Origin: Candidatus Latescibacterota bacterium
GTDB lineage: Bacteria > Latescibacterota > UBA2968
Assembly (NCBI GenBank): GCA_965116885.1
Contig: OZ220741.1
Coordinates: 4,064,001-4,128,000 of the forward strand
DNA length: 64,000 nt
Direction of reading: 5' to 3'
In this document: positions 59,629-64,000 of the stretch, piece after piece
Layout of the letters: the number at the start of each line of letters is the position of its first letter
How positions within the stretch are numbered: the first letter of the stretch is position 1
Translations under genes and position numbers: made by a program
The notes under the pieces: model-generated
The model's input: only the letters and a program-made list of their open reading frames with translations
Database searches by the model: none
Told to the model about the DNA's origin: nothing

Positions 59629-61608
59629 TTACCATCCATGCACAATATGGCCTGCGTCGGGAAACCAGATGGCATCGACGCCCGTGGAGATGCCAACACC
59701 GAGCAGGTAGCCGATCATGAGGCCATACCAGAAGGGCAGGGATTTGCGGTAGAGCGCGACGCCGCCAAAACGCATGATGAGTGCTTTGGTCGCCCACACA
59801 ACGAGCAGACTAAAACCATAGCGGCGGGTGGGGAAGGCGATGGCTACGGGATTAAAGGGCCACCAGGAAAAGCGCGTGCGTATGTAAGTCAAAAAACCAG
59901 CTATCGCAAATCCCCAGAGCCACACCCCCAGTTTTTCGATGTCGAAGTAGAGTATTGTCGAACCTTCTACATAAGGGACCAGGCGCACGAGATGGTTCCA
60001 GTCGCCCAAATAGAGCGGGCCGTTCATTCCGCCGTCCATGTAGCTGCGATACAGCGAATCGGTAGCGGTTGTGATACAACCCGCAATATAAGCGATGGGG
60101 ATGATGGCCCAGACCATGGGATGTCGCTTGAGGTGGTTGCCCAGCATGCGAAAGTAGTGGGGGACAGACATGGTGGCGGTGAGGCGAATGGGCATGCCGG
60201 CAAAGCCATTGCGGTTGATCATCCAGATTGTCGTGAGTGTTCCGGGCGACATGTTGGCCGTGCCGCCCATCTGCATCCACACATGGCCTCCCTTATCGGC
60301 ACCGAGTCCGCCGGTACTTCCGGGGGATAAAAAGGTGAATCCGGTTGCTGCGGCGTATTTGGCAACGCCGAATAGCGCGATGAACATCAAAATGAGTTGC
60401 ACGATGGTTGCCCACAATTCCATACCTGCGGCCAGACACCAGCCCGCGAGGAATATGACCGAAGCCGCGAGGCCGAGCCAGGCGGTTCGATAGGTGACTG
60501 GTGTTCCATCATCTGCGGCGCGATTGTTCGTCAGCGCACATTCGAGGGTGTTTTTGAGGTGTTTGCGCGAGACCCAGAGCGACCAGGCGACGAGAAAAAC
60601 GAGTGCGCCGTGGGATTCGAAGCTGAGTATTTCTGCCGGTGTCGCTTGCTGTCCCTGTAGTCCCACTGTGATGCCAGTTTGGTTCATCAGCCCCTCTTTG
60701 ATAATATTGAGGACATTGTAAAACCAGAAGCTGAAGAGCAAGTCGAGCGGGCACAAATAGGCCAGGCCCATTATCAGGGGTTGCATGCGTAAAAAATATC
60801 TTGGATAGTGATAGCCGATGTTTATCGCCATTTGTCCAGCGAGGTCATAGATGGGAATGTGAGGCAGGGTGTGGACAAAATAACCCGCGATATTCCAGCA
60901 GAGCACAAAGGTCGAAATGCCAAATCCCACCCAAAACAGGGGGGCGTGAAAGACGACGGGCAGGCGATAGCCGGGTTCTTCTCGCAACATTTCGGTGGGG
61001 AAGGTGGCCATAGGAAAGGTGAGACGCTCTTTTTCGTGCCACTGTTTGAAGAATAAGACGCTGCAGAAAAAACCGGCCATGACCACGGATAAACAGGCGG
61101 CGGTCCACCAGAAGAGCGGACGAATCCACGGTTGCCAGGGAATAGATGTGTTGGGTTCTAATCCACCATAAAGTTGCCCTATGACCACGGGCGATTTTTG
61201 CATAAAGAGCCAGTCGGGCAGCAGGGGGGCAATGACATCGCCCACGCGGTTTTCGGGCGATGCGAGGTGTACAGGAGCAGAGATGTTGCCCAGGAGATAG
61301 CCCGCCCAGCCCGTGGTGGGCAGGTTGCCCACGAGCCAGACCATGAAGAAGATGGTCAACATCTCCGTGCGCGATAAGGCGCGTTTTGGCGCGACGAGCT
61401 TAAGTATGGCGTTGATGCCAACCCAGGCGACAAAGGGGATCAGAGCCGATACGGGCATGTAGTTTTTGATCATGTTCCACGCAAAATGCGTGATGTAGAT
61501 CGTCATGAGGGCAATGGTCAAGATGCCGAGCATGACCGCGCGTACCGTGATCCCTCGATCCTGTACATCGGGATGGGTTTCCCGAGATATGTCTGTTTGT
61601 ATGGCCAT
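59629..61608 (-). CDS. Polytopic membrane protein (DUF6785/DUF6784-like putative transporter)
   Basis: Many TM helices; KQW..KERL.FP, RF.WWPFNP, K.LI.R.GG..LY. Confidence 0.7.
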   Translation of the reverse strand: MAIQTDISRETHPDVQDRGITVRAVMLGILTIALMTIYITHFAWNMIKNYMPVSALIPFVAWVGINAILKLVAPKRALSRTEMLTIFFMVWLVGNLPTTGWAGYLLGNISAPVHLASPENRVGDVIAPLLPDWLFMQKSPVVIGQLYGGLEPNTSIPWQPWIRPLFWWTAACLSVVMAGFFCSVLFFKQWHEKERLTFPMATFPTEMLREEPGYRLPVVFHAPLFWVGFGISTFVLCWNIAGYFVHTLPHIPIYDLAGQMAINIGYHYPRYFLRMQPLIMGLAYLCPLDLLFSFWFYNVLNIIKEGLMNQTGITVGLQGQQATPAEILSFESHGALVFLVAWSLWVSRKHLKNTLECALTNNRAADDGTPVTYRTAWLGLAASVIFLAGWCLAAGMELWATIVQLILMFIALFGVAKYAAATGFTFLSPGSTGGLGADKGGHVWMQMGGTANMSPGTLTTIWMINRNGFAGMPIRLTATMSVPHYFRMLGNHLKRHPMVWAIIPIAYIAGCITTATDSLYRSYMDGGMNGPLYLGDWNHLVRLVPYVEGSTILYFDIEKLGVWLWGFAIAGFLTYIRTRFSWWPFNPVAIAFPTRRYGFSLLVVWATKALIMRFGGVALYRKSLPFWYGLMIGYLLGVGISTGVDAIWFPDAGHIVHGW

Positions 61609-61629
61609 TTTAAAATCGGAATGGGTTTG

Positions 61630-63129
61630 TCAATCTCGAACTTCGTAACCCAGTGCTCTGAGTTTGTCTTCTTGTCCTACGGGTGTGTGCAAGGTGGTGT
61701 AGAATTTGTCGAGCAGTGCTTTGGGCTGTTGGGGTGTAGATAGGCTTACGATAATGGTGAGTAGAACGCCTGTGCTGAGGTACCAGGTCACCTGTTCCAT
61801 GAATTCCAGGTGGAAATAGTTGCGGGTAATCCACCACACGAGGGCAGAACTGATCAGGCCAGCCCACGCGCCGTAGCCGTTGCACCTGCGCCACAAGATG
61901 CCGCCCCATACGGCGATGCCCCAGAAGGCCGGGAGTGCCGAGAGAAAACGCCACAATTCGACTACGCTACTAAAAATTTCCGTTACCACGATGCCCGCGA
62001 TGACCATGAGGATGCCCATAATTCGCCCTGCATTGAGATAGTGGTGGTCTTCTTTTTTTCGCGCAAAATAGGGTTTGTAAATATTTTCGACAAAGAGTGC
62101 CGATCCAGCGACCATAAACGAGTCGCAAGATGACATAACGGCTGCGATCATGGATGCCAGCATGACACCGACGAGACCAACGGGCAGCAGGTCGCGCGTT
62201 GCCATGCCAAAGACGAGTTCGGGATCGTCTATGTTGGGATATATGACCATAGCGCCCACGCCGATAAATGCCCAGGCGATGGTGCAAAAGCGTTTGATCA
62301 TGTTGCCATAGGTAAATCCGACGCGGCCTTCCCATTCTGTTTTGCCAGATCCGCCCATTTCCATGCAGTGGGGTTGTCCGGGGATGTTGAACAGGGTATT
62401 GATGGTGAGTATGATGACAAATGCGACGGAGATGCGATCGTAGCCGGGCGGTGGATCATCGGGTGCGGTGAGGCCAAAGACGTCCTGTGGCAGTGTTTGA
62501 TGAAGCCCGGTAAAACCACCGACCTGATCGAGCAGAAAAGGGCAGAGCAAAAAAGACAGGACGATGACGAATATGCCCTGAATAAAGTCTGTGATTACAG
62601 CGGCTTGCAGGCCGCCTAAGAGGCCATAAGATACAAATAAAATTGTCATGACAATGATGCAGGTCTCTGTGCTGAGCACACCGCCGGTAATCCCGCTTGC
62701 CATTTTTCCCGTGCCTTCGAGCATAATGCCCATGGCGAGTACGTAGAAGATAACGCCGAAGACCGTATATGCCGGGCCGAGTCCTTTGCCGAAACGCTCG
62801 TCAAAAAAGTCGCCTGTGGTGATATAGCGCATGCGCCTGAAAAGGGGCATCATGATCCAGTAAAACGGGGTGCAAAACAGGGGCAGCCAGGCATACCATA
62901 TCCCGCGCATCCCCATTTTGTAAGATGCTCCGACGACATTGACAGCGGCATCGGTGTGGGTTCCGGTGCCAAAGGCATGCATGATGAGCACGGCTTTGCC
63001 AAACTTGCGCCCACCCATAAAATAATCGAGTGTGCCTTTGACTCCTCGAGACGAAATGAGGCCGATGGTGGTGATGCCCAGGAGATAAACGCCGAGTGTG
63101 AGCACGTCGTAGATGTGCAGACCAAACAT
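61630..63129 (-). CDS. Sodium:solute symporter family transporter
   Basis: DYFMGGR, GGL.A.VITD.IQG, LPVGLVG...A...AAVMSS.DS; ATG after GGAGG. Confidence 0.93.
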   Translation of the reverse strand: MFGLHIYDVLTLGVYLLGITTIGLISSRGVKGTLDYFMGGRKFGKAVLIMHAFGTGTHTDAAVNVVGASYKMGMRGIWYAWLPLFCTPFYWIMMPLFRRMRYITTGDFFDERFGKGLGPAYTVFGVIFYVLAMGIMLEGTGKMASGITGGVLSTETCIIVMTILFVSYGLLGGLQAAVITDFIQGIFVIVLSFLLCPFLLDQVGGFTGLHQTLPQDVFGLTAPDDPPPGYDRISVAFVIILTINTLFNIPGQPHCMEMGGSGKTEWEGRVGFTYGNMIKRFCTIAWAFIGVGAMVIYPNIDDPELVFGMATRDLLPVGLVGVMLASMIAAVMSSCDSFMVAGSALFVENIYKPYFARKKEDHHYLNAGRIMGILMVIAGIVVTEIFSSVVELWRFLSALPAFWGIAVWGGILWRRCNGYGAWAGLISSALVWWITRNYFHLEFMEQVTWYLSTGVLLTIIVSLSTPQQPKALLDKFYTTLHTPVGQEDKLRALGYEVRD

Positions 63130-63241
63130 AAATCCTCCCGTAAAAAGTATCTTAATGATGACGGGCAAAATAGGGCGAAGGTCAAAAGTTTTCAACTTAA
63201 ATTTCTGTGAAACCATGGGGTAATCCCATAAGGAGGTTGTT

Positions 63242-64000
63242 ATGGACATTTATGAGAAGTATTTTTTTGATGTGAATGGCTATCTGGTCGTGGAGGATAT
63301 TTTGTCTGCCGATCAGGTTGCAGCACTCAATGAGGCGATTGATCACAATCGAGATAGAATACGGATTCGAGAGGGGGAGGATAGGTTGTCGGGCGGTGTG
63401 GGCAGACATGGCGGCGAGGTTTCTATCGCACTGGAAGGATCACATGGGCGAGGGGATATCGGGAGTATTCTGAGATGGCCAAAGCCGTGGTGTCAACCCT
63501 TCCGCGATTTGCTATCCCATTTGCCAACGATGCACTATATGCTCGATATGATCGGCAATGGGTTTCGCTATGGCAATGCCAATGGGATTAGCATGACCAA
63601 AGGCGCAGAAGGGCATTTGCTACACGGCGGCGGTGGGTTTTTGGGTGGACATATGTATTTCTGTAAAGATGGGAAGATGTGGAATAATCTGATAGCTGTG
63701 TGTTATCAACTCGCCGATGTCAATCCCGGCGATGGCGGATTTGTGTGTATTCCCGGCAGTCATAAGGCGAATTTTGAATGCCCGACGGATGTGCGCCGAA
63801 TGGAGCGGGATTTGGGGTGTTTTAAGCATATTCCCATGAAGGCGGGTTCTGCGGTCATTTTTACCGAGGCACTGACACATGGCGCAATGCCGTGGACTGC
63901 GGATCACGAGCGACGGACTCTGTTGTATCGCTATGCCGCAGGGGGGTATGTCAACCCGCCCAGTGGCAATGATCCCGCGAAATACGCGCCATTTATGGAT
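63242..64000 (+). CDS. Phytanoyl-CoA dioxygenase (PhyH) family protein, truncated by window end
   Basis: MDIYEKYFFDVNGYLVVED...LHGG...DGGFVCIPGSHK...KAGSAVIFTEALTHG; AGGAGG RBS; absent from the ORF track because there is no stop. Confidence 0.9.
   Translation, partial: MDIYEKYFFDVNGYLVVEDILSADQVAALNEAIDHNRDRIRIREGEDRLSGGVGRHGGEVSIALEGSHGRGDIGSILRWPKPWCQPFRDLLSHLPTMHYMLDMIGNGFRYGNANGISMTKGAEGHLLHGGGGFLGGHMYFCKDGKMWNNLIAVCYQLADVNPGDGGFVCIPGSHKANFECPTDVRRMERDLGCFKHIPMKAGSAVIFTEALTHGAMPWTADHERRTLLYRYAAGGYVNPPSGNDPAKYAPFMD

Overview
Bacterial chromosomal window. The gene style suggests a Latescibacterota/Gemmatimonadota-like, probably sponge-associated organism; this is an inference from the EF-hand/dockerin tags, FlgD-Ig tail, many Gfo/Idh/MocA enzymes, sulfatases, PhyH and LRR/YWTD proteins. 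A tetrapyrrole cluster (ccsA-like, sirC, hemA, hemC ... cobA-hemD) is split by a ~13 kb accessory stack. The stack holds an AT-rich DUF3696-type ABC ATPase with an uncharacterised partner, a PIN toxin-antitoxin pair, a heparinase II/III-like gene and a 2085-aa dockerin-LRR-YWTD-metzincin protein. The last two genes sit between 46-bp imperfect direct repeats that copy the cobA-hemD start. The rest of the window holds anmK, galU, mreBC, lysine-riboswitch-controlled asd, glaH/csiD, sigma-54-preceded hsp20-clpB, a second PIN TA pair, polysaccharide and sulfate catabolic genes, and an unusual five-gene ExbB-ExbD-Pro-rich membrane protein-TPR-PEGA operon. No rRNA, tRNA, CRISPR array, integrase or transposase was recognised.
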